From positions 16,951 through 80,950 of the forward strand of contig CABYTJ010000001.1 of the NCBI GenBank assembly GCA_902521885.1: a stretch of DNA of 64,000 nucleotides, in the 5' to 3' direction. Origin of the DNA: an uncultured Pelagibacteraceae bacterium. Lineage in GTDB: Bacteria; Pseudomonadota; Alphaproteobacteria; Pelagibacterales; Pelagibacteraceae. The translations under genes were made by a program, and so were the position numbers. The notes under the pieces are model-generated. The model was not told the DNA's origin and did not search any database. It saw nothing but the letters and a program-made list of their open reading frames with translations. Each line of letters opens with the position of its first letter. The stretch's first letter is position 1. Below are positions 18,223-29,195 of the stretch, piece after piece.

Positions 18223-18972
18223 TTATCGATCTACAATTTCAATTTTTTTTTCTTTAACAAATTCTAAAATTTGAGCGCTACAATGATCAATTTCAGATTG
18301 GTTTTCTGAGCGAATAACAATAGAAACTCCTAATTTGCCTGCATGAAAAAAAGGGTAACTGCCAATTTCTACATCTTTATTTTGATCTTGAACCTTTGAT
18401 AAAGAATTTGCAATTTCACTCTCAACAGTTTTTAGGTTAACGGTATGACTTAAAATAGGCTCTCCTCCTATAATTCTATTTTTTAATCCACCCAACATGG
18501 ATTTTAAAATTGAAGGAACTCCAGGAAGACAAAAAACATTTTCAACATTAAAACCTGGTGCACCACTAGTGGGATTTAAAATTAATTTTGCATTTTTTGG
18601 CATCCATGTCATTTTTTGTCTACCATCATTGAATTCACCTGGCTTGTAATATGCTTTAAGAATTTCAAAAGCTTCTTGATGAATTTCATATGTTAAACCA
18701 AAAGCTTTTGAAACTGACTTAGCAGTAATATCATCATGGGTTGGGCCTATACCACCAGTGGTAAAAACATAATTATTTGATTTTCTTAAGAGATTAAGAG
18801 TATCAACTATTATTATTTCAATATCAGGAATAACTCTTACCTCACTTATTTTAACACCCATTGAATTTAACCATTTAGCTAATGTACTTGTATTAGTATC
18901 TTGAGTTCTTCCAGATAAAATCTCATTACCTATAATTAATATAGCGGCATTTACTTTTGTGTTATTTTTCAT
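18223..18972 (-). CDS. CinA-like molybdopterin-binding domain protein (probable pyrophosphatase)
   Basis: IIGNEILSG.TQDTN, TTGGIGPTHDDIT, APGF, LPGVP, IGSYP. Confidence 0.9.
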   Translation of the reverse strand: MKNNTKVNAAILIIGNEILSGRTQDTNTSTLAKWLNSMGVKISEVRVIPDIEIIIVDTLNLLRKSNNYVFTTGGIGPTHDDITAKSVSKAFGLTYEIHQEAFEILKAYYKPGEFNDGRQKMTWMPKNAKLILNPTSGAPGFNVENVFCLPGVPSILKSMLGGLKNRIIGGEPILSHTVNLKTVESEIANSLSKVQDQNKDVEIGSYPFFHAGKLGVSIVIRSENQSEIDHCSAQILEFVKEKKIEIVDR

Positions 18973-18993
18973 TTTTAAATGTATAATTTAATT

Positions 18994-19692
18994 ATGCAAT
19001 TTACCAATTCTTTAATAAAAGGCAAATTAATCAAAAGATATAAACGTTTTTTTGTTGATGTTAAATTAAAAAATGAAATCGTAACAGCTCATTGTCCAAA
19101 TACTGGTTCAATGAAGGGTCTTCTAGATGAAGGTAACGAAGTTTATCTCCTTAAAAATAGTAATCCAAAAAGAAAACTGAAATACGGTCTTGAAATAATA
19201 AGAGCAAAAAAGAATTTGGTTGGTGTAAATACTCATATGGCTAATAAAATTGTAAGTCATGGCTTATCCAATAATTTAATAAAAGAATTAGAAAATATCG
19301 ATTCAATTAAACCTGAGGTTTTTTTTAATAAAGAAACTAGATTTGACTTTCTTATTGCAAAAAATAGTCAAAAAAGTTTTGTAGAAGTTAAAAATGTGAC
19401 ACTTTTTAGAGATGAAAAAACTGCTGAATTTCCTGATGCAATTACTACAAGAGGTTCGAAACATTTAATTACCCTTATTGATGCCATAAAAAAAGGTTAT
19501 AAATCATACTTAATATTTCTTGTTCAAATACAAAATATGGAAAAATTTAAGATAGCGAAAGATATAGATAGCGAATATTATAGAAATTATTTAGCTGCAA
19601 AAAAGGCAGGTGTTAATTTTTTAGCTTATAGATGTAAAATAAATTCAAAAGAAATTTTAATAGAAAAAAAATTAAAAATTATTAATGACTGA
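18994..19692 (+). CDS. sfsA: DNA/RNA nuclease SfsA
   Basis: RYKRFF, HCPNTGSM, RFDF, VEVKNV, FPDA.T.RG.KHL; ATG at 18994 preferred over 18979. Confidence 0.95.
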   Translation: MQFTNSLIKGKLIKRYKRFFVDVKLKNEIVTAHCPNTGSMKGLLDEGNEVYLLKNSNPKRKLKYGLEIIRAKKNLVGVNTHMANKIVSHGLSNNLIKELENIDSIKPEVFFNKETRFDFLIAKNSQKSFVEVKNVTLFRDEKTAEFPDAITTRGSKHLITLIDAIKKGYKSYLIFLVQIQNMEKFKIAKDIDSEYYRNYLAAKKAGVNFLAYRCKINSKEILIEKKLKIIND

Positions 19693-20458
19693 TTATTCTG
19701 AAAAATTTGAAAAAATGCGGATTGCAGGAAAACTTGCAGCTCAAACTTTAGATATGCTTACTGATAATATCAAAGAAGGGATTTCAACAGCATATATAGA
19801 TAAACTTGGATATGAGTTCATTCGAGATAATGGTGGACACTCAGCACCTTTATTTTACCGAGGCTTTAGCAAGTCATTATGCACTTCACTTAATCATGTT
19901 GTTTGCCACGGTATACCCTCAAAAGACAGAATTTTAGAAGAAGGCGATGCAGTAAATGTTGATGTTACAGCAATTATAAATAATCATTATGGAGACACAT
20001 CTAGAATGTTTTGTGTTGGACAAACTTCAGTAAAACTAAAGAATTTAATAGACGCAACCTACGAGTCTATGATGAAAGCAATACAGATTTTAAAACCAGG
20101 AATTAAACTTGGAGACATTGGATATGAAATTCAATCCTATGTCGAAAAAAAAGGTTTTTCAGTTGTTAGAGATTTCTGTGGTCATGGAATTAGTACGACA
20201 TTTCATGAGTTACCTAACATATTACACTATGGGAATAAAAATACAGGAACAGAACTTAAGCCTGGAATGACATTTACTGTTGAACCTATGATTAATGCTG
20301 GAAAATATGATACTAAAATGCTGAATGATGGATGGACTGCAGTAACTAAAGATAAATCTTTATCAGCACAATTTGAACATACAATAGGTATTACAGAAAA
20401 TGGTTATGAAATCTTTACAGAATCTGTTAAAGGTTATTCTAAGCCCCCATACTTATAA
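19685..20458 (+). CDS. map: Methionine aminopeptidase type I
   Basis: VCHGIP, DVT, GDTSRM, GHGI, EPM, SAQFEHT. Confidence 0.98.
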   Translation: MTDYSEKFEKMRIAGKLAAQTLDMLTDNIKEGISTAYIDKLGYEFIRDNGGHSAPLFYRGFSKSLCTSLNHVVCHGIPSKDRILEEGDAVNVDVTAIINNHYGDTSRMFCVGQTSVKLKNLIDATYESMMKAIQILKPGIKLGDIGYEIQSYVEKKGFSVVRDFCGHGISTTFHELPNILHYGNKNTGTELKPGMTFTVEPMINAGKYDTKMLNDGWTAVTKDKSLSAQFEHTIGITENGYEIFTESVKGYSKPPYL

Positions 20459-20461
20459 TTA

Positions 20462-21754
20462 ATGATAAAAAGATACTCGCGAAAAGAACTTACTGATATT
20501 TGGTCAGAGGAAAATAAATATAAAATTTGGCTGGATGTTGAAGTAGCTGCAGCACAAGCAATGGAGAAACTAGGTCAAATACCAAGAGGTGTTTCCTCGG
20601 TAGTAAGAAAAAAAGCTAGAATAAATGTTAAAAGAATTCATCTAATTGAAAGCCAAGTTAAGCATGACGTCATTGCTTTCTTGACTTCTATTACTGAAAA
20701 AGCAGGAATTAAGGCTAGATATCTTCATCAAGGCATGACCTCTTCAGATGTATTAGATACAAGTTTTAATATTCAGTTAATTCAATCTGGAAAAATAATT
20801 CTAAAAGACTTAGATCAAATTTTAAAAGTTCTTAAAAAACAAGCTAGGAAATATAAATTTACTCCTTGTATGGGTAGAAGTCATGGTATTCATGCTGAAC
20901 CTATAACATTTGGTTTAAAACTAGCTTCTTTTTATGAGGAATTTAAAAGAAATAAAAAACGATTAGTTGCTGCTATAGATGAAGTTTCTACGTGTGCTAT
21001 TTCGGGTGCGGTTGGAACTTTTGCAAATATTAATCCAAATGTAGAAAAACATGTTGCAAAAAAGCTTAATTTAAAAATTGAACCTATTTCAACTCAAGTT
21101 ATTCCAAGAGATAGACATGCTTTCTATTTTTCAGTTCTAGGTATTATTGCTGGTTCAATTGAAAGAGTGGCTATTGAAATAAGACATTTGCAAAGGACAG
21201 AGGTTTATGAATTACAAGAATACTTTTCAAAAAATCAAAAAGGTTCTTCTGCAATGCCACATAAAAAGAATCCAATATTGAGTGAAAATTTAACAGGTCT
21301 TGCAAGAATGGTTAGGAGCGCCGTGACCCCTGCTCTTGAAAATATAGCCTTGTGGCATGAGAGAGATATTTCACACTCTAGTGTTGAAAGAAATATAGGC
21401 CCTGATGCAAATATTACTCTAGATTTTGCATTAGTAAGGTTAACCAATATTTTAGATAACATGATAGTTTATCCAAAAAAAATGTTAGAAAATCTTAATA
21501 TTACAAAAGGCTTAATTTTCTCTCAGGAACTTATGCTTGAACTTACAAAAACTGGTTTAAGCAGAGAAAAATCTTATAAAATGGTTCAGAGCTATGCAAA
21601 AAAATGTTTTGCTGAAAATCTTGATTTATTTACTGTAATTCAATCTGATAAATATATAATACATAATATTTCACAAAAAAAGTTAAAATCTATTTTTAGT
21701 TATTCTAAACACTTTAAGAACGTGAATTTAATTTTTAGGAGAGTTTTTAAATAA
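20462..21754 (+). CDS. purB: Adenylosuccinate lyase
   Basis: [28 protein letters not shown] signature. Confidence 0.98.
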   Translation: MIKRYSRKELTDIWSEENKYKIWLDVEVAAAQAMEKLGQIPRGVSSVVRKKARINVKRIHLIESQVKHDVIAFLTSITEKAGIKARYLHQGMTSSDVLDTSFNIQLIQSGKIILKDLDQILKVLKKQARKYKFTPCMGRSHGIHAEPITFGLKLASFYEEFKRNKKRLVAAIDEVSTCAISGAVGTFANINPNVEKHVAKKLNLKIEPISTQVIPRDRHAFYFSVLGIIAGSIERVAIEIRHLQRTEVYELQEYFSKNQKGSSAMPHKKNPILSENLTGLARMVRSAVTPALENIALWHERDISHSSVERNIGPDANITLDFALVRLTNILDNMIVYPKKMLENLNITKGLIFSQELMLELTKTGLSREKSYKMVQSYAKKCFAENLDLFTVIQSDKYIIHNISQKKLKSIFSYSKHFKNVNLIFRRVFK

Positions 21755-22539
21755 TGAAAAAGGGTAAAAAATTATACGAAGGAAAAGCTAAAATAATTTA
21801 CGCTACTCAAGATAAAGATTTAGTAATTCAGTATTTCAAAGATGATGCAACGGCGTTTAACAATCAAAAGAAAACTACTATTGAGGGTAAAGGGGTTTTA
21901 AATAATAGAATTTCTGAACATATCCTCTCAAATTTATCTCAAATTGGTATCAAAAATCATTTAGTTAAAAGATTAAATATGAGGGAACAAATCATAAAGT
22001 TGGTTGAAATAATTCCAATTGAATTCATAGTAAGAAACGTTGCTACAGGCTCTCTTACTAAAAGATTAGGCATCGAAGATGGTACTGTGTTAAAGGAGCC
22101 TCTTATTGAATATTGCCTAAAAGATGACAGTCTTGGTGATCCTCTGATTGCAGAAGAACATATCTATGCTTTTGAATGGGCAAATAAAAAAGAAATAGAA
22201 AAAGTTAAAAAAATGATTTTAAGAATAAATGACTTTATGATTGGAATGTTTAGAGGAATTGGAATTAAGTTAATTGATTTCAAGTTAGAATTTGGAAGAG
22301 TTAAGTTAAATGGTAAAAATGAAGTAATTCTTGCAGATGAAATAAGTCCTGATACTTGTAGATTATGGGACTCTATAACTGATAAGAAGTTAGATAAAGA
22401 CAGATTCAGAAAAGATTTAGGTGATTTAATCCCAGCTTATACAGAAGTAGCAAAAAGACTAGGTATACTTCATGAGCAATCAAATGTTTCAGCTGTCAAC
22501 GTAACTCAACTATCTTCAGTTAAGAAAAAAAATAAATGA
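21754..22539 (+). CDS. purC: SAICAR synthase
   Basis: [28 protein letters not shown]. Confidence 0.98.
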   Translation: MKKGKKLYEGKAKIIYATQDKDLVIQYFKDDATAFNNQKKTTIEGKGVLNNRISEHILSNLSQIGIKNHLVKRLNMREQIIKLVEIIPIEFIVRNVATGSLTKRLGIEDGTVLKEPLIEYCLKDDSLGDPLIAEEHIYAFEWANKKEIEKVKKMILRINDFMIGMFRGIGIKLIDFKLEFGRVKLNGKNEVILADEISPDTCRLWDSITDKKLDKDRFRKDLGDLIPAYTEVAKRLGILHEQSNVSAVNVTQLSSVKKKNK

Positions 22540-22778
22540 TAGTTTCAGCAATTATAACTCTAAAAAAAGATGTATTAGATCCCCAGGGTAAAGTGATTCA
22601 TCAAACATTAGACGGTATGGGTTTCAAAGATGTAAACGAGGTAAGACAAGGTAAGTACTTTGAGATTGATGTAAATGAAAATGACCCAACCAAAGCCAAA
22701 GTTATAGTTGAGGATATGTGTAAAAAACTTTTAGCAAATCTAGTTATTGAAAATTATAAAATTATTGAGACACAATAA
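22536..22778 (+). CDS. purS: FGAM synthase subunit PurS
   Basis: [19 protein letters not shown]. Confidence 0.97.
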   Translation: MIVSAIITLKKDVLDPQGKVIHQTLDGMGFKDVNEVRQGKYFEIDVNENDPTKAKVIVEDMCKKLLANLVIENYKIIETQ

Positions 22779-22781
22779 TTA

Positions 22782-23465
22782 ATGAAATCATCTGTTATTA
22801 CCTTTCCTGGTTCAAATTGTGATCGAGATATGGATGTAGCTTTAAATAAATTTGGATTTAAAAATAAAATGGTCTGGCATAACGATCATGAACTTCCAAA
22901 AAGTGATCTTGTTGTTTTACCAGGAGGTTTTTCTTATGGTGATTATCTCAGATGTGGAAGCATGGCATCAAAATCTAAAATAATGCATTCTATAATTAAT
23001 TTTGCAAAATCAGGTGGATTAGTAATGGGTATTTGTAATGGCTTTCAAATACTAGTTGAGACAGGATTACTTCCAGGTGTTTTATTGCGAAATAGATATT
23101 TAGAATTTATTTGTAAAAATGTTTACGTAAAGGTTGAAAATAAAGAAAACCTTTATTTTAAAAGTCTAGATAAAGAAGTATTTGAATTTCATATAGCACA
23201 TAACGAAGGAAATTATTTTTGTACTAAGGATCAGCTAAAAGAAATTGAAGATAACAACCAAGTAGCTATTTATTATTGTAATGATGAAGGAAAAACTGTA
23301 GACGAATTTAATCCAAATGGATCAATTAAAAATATTGCAGGCATATTCAATAAAGAAAAAAATGTTTTAGGAATGATGCCGCATCCTGAAAGAATGATTG
23401 ATCAAAGTTTATCTGGTGAAGATGGTTCTTTATTTTTTAAAAATCTAATCAATAATTTAAAATAA
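22782..23465 (+). CDS. purQ: FGAM synthase glutaminase subunit PurQ
   Basis: [32 protein letters not shown]. Confidence 0.98.
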   Translation: MKSSVITFPGSNCDRDMDVALNKFGFKNKMVWHNDHELPKSDLVVLPGGFSYGDYLRCGSMASKSKIMHSIINFAKSGGLVMGICNGFQILVETGLLPGVLLRNRYLEFICKNVYVKVENKENLYFKSLDKEVFEFHIAHNEGNYFCTKDQLKEIEDNNQVAIYYCNDEGKTVDEFNPNGSIKNIAGIFNKEKNVLGMMPHPERMIDQSLSGEDGSLFFKNLINNLK

Positions 23466-25657
23466 TGACAGTTAATGAGAAAATTGCCATAGAACATGGT
23501 CTTAAATCTGATGAATATAAAAAAATTTGTGATCTATTAAAAAGAACTCCTAACATTACTGAACTTGGTATTTTTTCAGCTATGTGGAATGAACATTGCT
23601 CCTATAAATCATCAAGACTTCATTTAAAAAAATTACCTACTAAAGGAAAGAAAGTTATTCAAGGACCAGGCGAGAATGCGGGTGTAATAGATATTGAAGA
23701 TGGTGATGCAATAGTATTTAAAATTGAAAGTCACAATCACCCTTCTTTCATAGAACCTTATCAAGGAGCAGCTACTGGAGTAGGTGGAATTATGAGGGAT
23801 GTCTTTACAATGGGTGCTCGACCTATAGCAAATTTAAATTCAATTCATTTTGGTTCTCCCCAACATAAAAAAACTAAAAATCTTTTAAGAGGTGTTGTTC
23901 ATGGAATTGGAGGTTATGGTAACTGTATGGGTGTTCCTACAATAGCAGGTCAAACATCTTTTGATAGCTCTTATAATGGAAATATTTTGGTAAATGCGAT
24001 GACTTTAGGGTTGGTTAAAAAAAATAAAATATTTTATTCAAAAGCAGCAGGATTAAATAAACCAGTGATTTATGTGGGCTCAAAAACTGGAAGAGACGGT
24101 ATTCATGGTGCGAGCATGGCTTCCGCAAGTTTTGATGAAAAGATTGAAGAAAAAAAACCAACTGTTCAAGTTGGGGACCCTTTTACTGAAAAACTTCTTT
24201 TAGAAGCATGTTTGGAATTAATGGCCGGTGACTCTATTATTGCTATTCAAGATATGGGTGCAGCAGGTCTTACATCTTCAAGTATTGAAATGGCATCAAA
24301 AGGGAATTTAGGAGTTGAAATAAATCTAAATAAAATTCCTTGTAGAGAAACTAAGATGACACCTTATGAAATTATGCTTTCTGAAAGTCAAGAAAGAATG
24401 TTGATTGTATTAGAAAATGGTAAAGAAGAATTAGCAAAAAAAATATTCGATAAATGGAATTTAGATTTTGCAATAATTGGTAAAACTACTGATACAAAAA
24501 ATATTGAATTATTTTTTGACGATAAACAAGTTGCGAATATTCCAGTTAATACATTGGTTGAAAACTCACCTATGTATGATCGAAAATGGAAAAAATCAAA
24601 ATTGCCAAAAAAAAATAAAATAAAAAAGGATTCTTTAAACGGTCTAAAAATTAAAGATGTTTTAAAAAAAGTTTTATCAAACCCAAATATATGTAGCAAA
24701 GAATGGATTTGGCAACAATATGATCACACAGTTATGGGAGATACAATTCAGAAACCTGGAGGGGACTCTGGTGTAGTAAGAGTTCATGGAACAAATAAAG
24801 CAATAGCAGCTTCAGTAGACTCATCAGCAGTTTACTGTTGGGCGCACCCTTTAACTGGTGGAAAACAAGTAGTAGCAGAAAGTTGGCGAAATTTAATTTC
24901 TGTTGGTGCTACGCCAATAGCAATAACTAATTGTTTAAATTTTGGAAGTCCAGAAAATGAGGATAACATGGGTGAATTCGTTGAATGTGTTCAAGGTATT
25001 GGAGAGGCATGTGAGTACTTAAATTTTCCTGTCGTTTCAGGAAATGTTTCTTTTTATAATCAAACAAAGGAAATAGGAATCAAACCAACACCTTCTATTG
25101 GTGGAGTTGGACTAATAAAAGATTACAACAAAATGGTTACTATGAATTTTAAAGAAATTAATAATATAGTTATGGTAATTGGAAAAACTGAAGGACATAT
25201 TGATCAAAGCCTTTTTGCTAGATCAATTTTAGATGAAAAAAATGGCCCTCCACCAGAGGTTAATCTGTTTAATGAAAAAAATAACGGTGAGTCACTATTA
25301 AATTTAATACAGAAAGGTCATATAAAAAGTGCTCATGACATCTCACTAGGTGGTATAATAACTGCAGTGAGCAAAATGGCTATAAAGGGTAATAAAGGTA
25401 TTAAATTTAATAAATCTAAAAATTTGATTAACGAAATTGATTACCTTTTTTCAGAGGATCAAGGAAGATATATAATAGAGATAAATCCTAAAGATTTAAA
25501 AGAAGTTACAAAAATTTTAGATCAAAATTCAGTTTATCACGAAGAATTAGGCATCATTATTGAAAAAGATATGATAATTAATCAAAAGACAAAAGTTACA
25601 ATTGACGAATTAAAATCTTATAATAATAATTGGTTAACTAATTTTATGAGTGCATAA
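23465..25657 (+). CDS. purL: FGAM synthase subunit PurL (small type)
   Basis: [40 protein letters not shown]. Confidence 0.98.
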   Translation: MTVNEKIAIEHGLKSDEYKKICDLLKRTPNITELGIFSAMWNEHCSYKSSRLHLKKLPTKGKKVIQGPGENAGVIDIEDGDAIVFKIESHNHPSFIEPYQGAATGVGGIMRDVFTMGARPIANLNSIHFGSPQHKKTKNLLRGVVHGIGGYGNCMGVPTIAGQTSFDSSYNGNILVNAMTLGLVKKNKIFYSKAAGLNKPVIYVGSKTGRDGIHGASMASASFDEKIEEKKPTVQVGDPFTEKLLLEACLELMAGDSIIAIQDMGAAGLTSSSIEMASKGNLGVEINLNKIPCRETKMTPYEIMLSESQERMLIVLENGKEELAKKIFDKWNLDFAIIGKTTDTKNIELFFDDKQVANIPVNTLVENSPMYDRKWKKSKLPKKNKIKKDSLNGLKIKDVLKKVLSNPNICSKEWIWQQYDHTVMGDTIQKPGGDSGVVRVHGTNKAIAASVDSSAVYCWAHPLTGGKQVVAESWRNLISVGATPIAITNCLNFGSPENEDNMGEFVECVQGIGEACEYLNFPVVSGNVSFYNQTKEIGIKPTPSIGGVGLIKDYNKMVTMNFKEINNIVMVIGKTEGHIDQSLFARSILDEKNGPPPEVNLFNEKNNGESLLNLIQKGHIKSAHDISLGGIITAVSKMAIKGNKGIKFNKSKNLINEIDYLFSEDQGRYIIEINPKDLKEVTKILDQNSVYHEELGIIIEKDMIINQKTKVTIDELKSYNNNWLTNFMSA

Positions 25658-25887
25658 TGGCAATGGATTTAAAAGAAATAGAGAGACACATCAAAGAAGC
25701 TTTACCCGATGCTTCAATAGAAATTCAAGATTTAGCTGGAGATAATAATCATTACTCAGCAACCATAACATCTGCAAAATTTTCTGGAAAAAGTAAAATT
25801 GAACAACATAAAATGGTATACGATTCGTTAAAAGGTAAAATGGGTAATGAACTGCATGCTTTAGCAATTAAAACAAAGGAACAATAA
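25657..25887 (+). CDS. bolA: BolA/IbaG family protein
   Basis: GDNNHY, F.GKS..EQH.MVY, LHAL; adjacent to grxD. Confidence 0.92.
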   Translation: MAMDLKEIERHIKEALPDASIEIQDLAGDNNHYSATITSAKFSGKSKIEQHKMVYDSLKGKMGNELHALAIKTKEQ

Positions 25888-26219
25888 TGGATGATAAAGT
25901 AAAGAATTTAATACAAAATCATATTGATAATAATGAAATTTGCTTATTTATGAAAGGTACACCAGATGCTCCTCAATGTGGTTTTTCGATGGCAGTTACC
26001 AATATACTAAAAATTTTAGAAGTTAACTTTAAAGCTGTTAATGTTTTAGAAGATCAAACATTAAGAGAAGGAATAAAAGTATTTAGTGATTGGCCAACTA
26101 TACCTCAACTTTATATAAAGAAAGAATTTGTTGGAGGATGCGATATTATCAAAGAAATGTATGAGAGTGGTGAAATTAAAAAAGTTTTCGATGATAAAGG
26201 TATTAATTATAAAAAATAA
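25887..26219 (+). CDS. grxD: Monothiol glutaredoxin Grx4
   Basis: FMKGTP..PQCGFS, WPTIPQLY, GGCDI. Confidence 0.97.
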   Translation: MDDKVKNLIQNHIDNNEICLFMKGTPDAPQCGFSMAVTNILKILEVNFKAVNVLEDQTLREGIKVFSDWPTIPQLYIKKEFVGGCDIIKEMYESGEIKKVFDDKGINYKK

Positions 26220-26221
26220 TT

Positions 26222-26839
26222 TTATCTTGAATAATATTCAATTACTAAGTTAGGTTCCATAACTATTGGATAAGGCACTTCTTCAAGTTTTGGTGTTCTA
26301 ACAAACTTAAATTTTTTATTTTTTTCGTCCATTTGAATATATTCAGGAGTTTCTCTTTCTTTGCTAGCTAAGGCTATATCGATGATAGCTAATTGTTTAG
26401 ATTTATCTCTTATTTCAATTGAGTCTTCTTCATTTACAGAATAACTAGCTATATTAACTTTTTTGCCATTAACTTTTACATGACCATGATTAATCAATTG
26501 CCTTGCTGAAAAAATCGTTGTGGAGAACTTTGCTCTATAGATTACTGCATCTAGCCTTTTTTCTAATAAACCAATTAAATTTTCACTAGTATCACCTTTA
26601 AGCATGCTTGCTTTTTTATAAATATTCCTGAATTGTCTTTCGTTGATATTACCGTAATAAGCTTTTAATTTTTGCTTAGCTTGTAATTGAATTCCATAAT
26701 CTGATGGCTTACCTTGTCTTGATTGACCATGCTGACCTGGTCCGTAAGCTCTAGTATTAAATGGACTTTTGGGTCTTCCCCATAGATTGACTTTTAGTCT
26801 TCTGTCTACTTTATGTTTAGAGTTTAATCTTTTTGTCAT
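26222..26839 (-). CDS. rpsD: 30S ribosomal protein S4
   Basis: PGQHG, SDYG.QL..KQK, LE.RLD, ARQL..HGH, VIEYYSR. Confidence 0.99.
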   Translation of the reverse strand: MTKRLNSKHKVDRRLKVNLWGRPKSPFNTRAYGPGQHGQSRQGKPSDYGIQLQAKQKLKAYYGNINERQFRNIYKKASMLKGDTSENLIGLLEKRLDAVIYRAKFSTTIFSARQLINHGHVKVNGKKVNIASYSVNEEDSIEIRDKSKQLAIIDIALASKERETPEYIQMDEKNKKFKFVRTPKLEEVPYPIVMEPNLVIEYYSR

Positions 26840-26851
26840 TTAATAGAGGCG

Positions 26852-26879
26852 GTTATAAACTTACTCCTTATTTTGTCAA
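26852..26879 (-). promoter_or_regulatory. sigma70 promoter of rpsD
   Basis: Minus strand TTGACA-N16-TATAAC followed by GC-rich CGCCTC; ATG lies 12 nt after the -10. Confidence 0.7.
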
Positions 26880-27593
26880 TCAACGTTTTTTACTCAAACT
26901 AGCAAATACACTTGATAAAATACGTGTTTCTTTGTCAGACAAGTCCATTTTATAAAAAATATTTCTTAAGTTCTCAAGCATTTTTGGTCTCTTTTCTTTA
27001 GGCATGAAGAAATCTATTTCATCTAAATTTTTAATACAAAGGCTCAACATTGATTGAATTTCTTTTTTACCTGCAGATTTAACTTTTTTTGATTTTTTAA
27101 ACGGAACACCTTTTAATTTAATAGTGTTAGCCACATATTGGGCAATAATTATTAAACTATGAGACAAGTTAAGAGATTTAAAATCAGGGTTAGTTGGTAT
27201 CTGTAGGGTGTAATTAGCATAACTAATCTCTTCATTAGATAAACCTGATGCCTCAGAACCAAATAAAAAACCAATTTTTTTTTTAAAATTTATCTTTTCT
27301 AAATCCTTTAAATTAATGTGTTTAATATTTTTATTCCTAAATCTTGCTGATGTAGCAATAACAATGTCAATTTTACCAAGGGCTTGCTCTAGAGTATCGT
27401 ACTTTTTGCTTTGAGTAATAATATCTTTGGCTCCAACAGAAGTAGCTAAAATTTTATCGTTAGGAAAAATTGGTTTTGGATTAATTAATATTAGTTTCTT
27501 AAAGTTAAAGTTTTTTATTGCTCTAGCACATGCACCAATATTTTCTGATAATTGAGGTTTGTGAAGAATAAAAGAGATATGATTTTTACTCAT
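26880..27593 (-). CDS. trmJ: tRNA (C32/U32-2'-O)-methyltransferase TrmJ-like
   Basis: PQ..ENIGA.ARA, TSAR, FG.E..GLSN, SLNLSH. Confidence 0.85.
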   Translation of the reverse strand: MSKNHISFILHKPQLSENIGACARAIKNFNFKKLILINPKPIFPNDKILATSVGAKDIITQSKKYDTLEQALGKIDIVIATSARFRNKNIKHINLKDLEKINFKKKIGFLFGSEASGLSNEEISYANYTLQIPTNPDFKSLNLSHSLIIIAQYVANTIKLKGVPFKKSKKVKSAGKKEIQSMLSLCIKNLDEIDFFMPKEKRPKMLENLRNIFYKMDLSDKETRILSSVFASLSKKR

Positions 27594-29195
27594 TTATTTA
27601 CTAGCAGGGGCGTTATCTTTAAATAGTTTATAATCTAAACTATCAATTAATGCTTTAAATGAAGCATCAATTATGTTTGTAGATACACCAATAGTAAACC
27701 AATTTTTTCCTTTAGAGTCTGTGCTTTCAATTGATACTCTAGTAACAGCTTCAGTACCCGTATTTAAAATTCTGACTTTATAGTCAACTAATTTTAAATC
27801 TTTTAAATATTTTGAATATTTCGCTAGTCGATCAACATTTTGTCTTATAGCGTTATCGAGGGCATTAACTGGTCCATTGCCCTCTCCTTCACAAATAATT
27901 TTTTCTCCATCAACCTCTAATTGAGCTTTTGCAGAAGAAACTATTTCTCCAGATTTACTTTTTTTTACAGAAACATCATATTCATTAATCGATATATATC
28001 TTGGAATTTCTCCAATAATTCTTCTAGCTAATAATTCAAATGAAGCATCGGCTCCATCGTAACTGTAGCCAATGAATTCTCTATCCTTAACTTCATTTAA
28101 AAGTTTTTTAATTTTTGGATCGTTTTCATTTATTTCTATGTTTATTGTTTTCAATCTAGAGATAATATTAGATTTACCTGACTGATCTGAAACAACTATA
28201 TTTCTCATATTTCCGACTTCATTAGGATTTATGTGTTCATAAGTTTTGGGATCTTTTTGTACTGCAGATACATGTAGACCTCCCTTGTGTGAAAAAGCTG
28301 CTGCTCCAACATATGGTAAATGCATATTTGGTTTTCGATTTAAAACTTCATCTAAAAGTCTAGAGCAGTTGGTTAAATCTTTAATATTTTTAGATTTAAT
28401 TCCAATTTCAAATTTTGATGAAAAATCATTTTTCAAAAAAAATGTTGGTATTAAAGACATTAGATTTGCATTTCCACATCTCTCACCCAAACCATTGATA
28501 GTTCCTTGCACTTGACGAGCACCTGATAATACTGCGGCTAAAGAATTAGCTACTGCATTTCCAGTATCATTATGAGCATGGATGCCTAAATTCTTACCAG
28601 GAATAATCTTTGATACCTCAGTCACAATCTTAGTAATCTCATGCGGTAATGTTCCTCCATTTGTATCACACAAAACTATCCACCTTGCACCATTATCATA
28701 AGCGGATTTAATACACTCTATCGCATATTTAGAATTTGCTTTGTAACCATCAAAAAAATGTTCAGCATCAAACATAAATTCTTTTTTAGCTTTAACAAAA
28801 TGCTTAGCACTTTCACTTATATTTTCTAAATTTTCTTTATTTGATATACCAAGTGCTACATCAACATGAAAATCCCAAGATTTTCCTACTAAACAAACTG
28901 CTGGAGTATTAGAGTTTATTATTGCTGACAAGCCAGTGTCATTGTCTGCACTATGTCCAGTTTTTTTTGTCATTCCAAAAGAAGTGAGTTTAGCATTTTT
29001 GAAGCTATGTTTTTTTTGAAAAAACTCTGTGTCTGTTAAATTTGCTCCTGGCCAACCAGCTTCAATATAATCTACACCGAGAGAGTCTAATGCAAATGCA
29101 ATTTTTTCTTTATCCTCAAGTGAAAAATCTACACCTTGAGTTTGAGCACCATCTCTTAATGTAGTATCAAATATATATAATCGTTCTTTACTCAT
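27594..29195 (-). CDS. cimA: Citramalate synthase
   Basis: DTTLRDGAQ, DAEHFFDG, LCDTNGG, H.HND, GERCGNA, HKGGLH, DYKVR. Confidence 0.92.
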   Translation of the reverse strand: MSKERLYIFDTTLRDGAQTQGVDFSLEDKEKIAFALDSLGVDYIEAGWPGANLTDTEFFQKKHSFKNAKLTSFGMTKKTGHSADNDTGLSAIINSNTPAVCLVGKSWDFHVDVALGISNKENLENISESAKHFVKAKKEFMFDAEHFFDGYKANSKYAIECIKSAYDNGARWIVLCDTNGGTLPHEITKIVTEVSKIIPGKNLGIHAHNDTGNAVANSLAAVLSGARQVQGTINGLGERCGNANLMSLIPTFFLKNDFSSKFEIGIKSKNIKDLTNCSRLLDEVLNRKPNMHLPYVGAAAFSHKGGLHVSAVQKDPKTYEHINPNEVGNMRNIVVSDQSGKSNIISRLKTINIEINENDPKIKKLLNEVKDREFIGYSYDGADASFELLARRIIGEIPRYISINEYDVSVKKSKSGEIVSSAKAQLEVDGEKIICEGEGNGPVNALDNAIRQNVDRLAKYSKYLKDLKLVDYKVRILNTGTEAVTRVSIESTDSKGKNWFTIGVSTNIIDASFKALIDSLDYKLFKDNAPASK

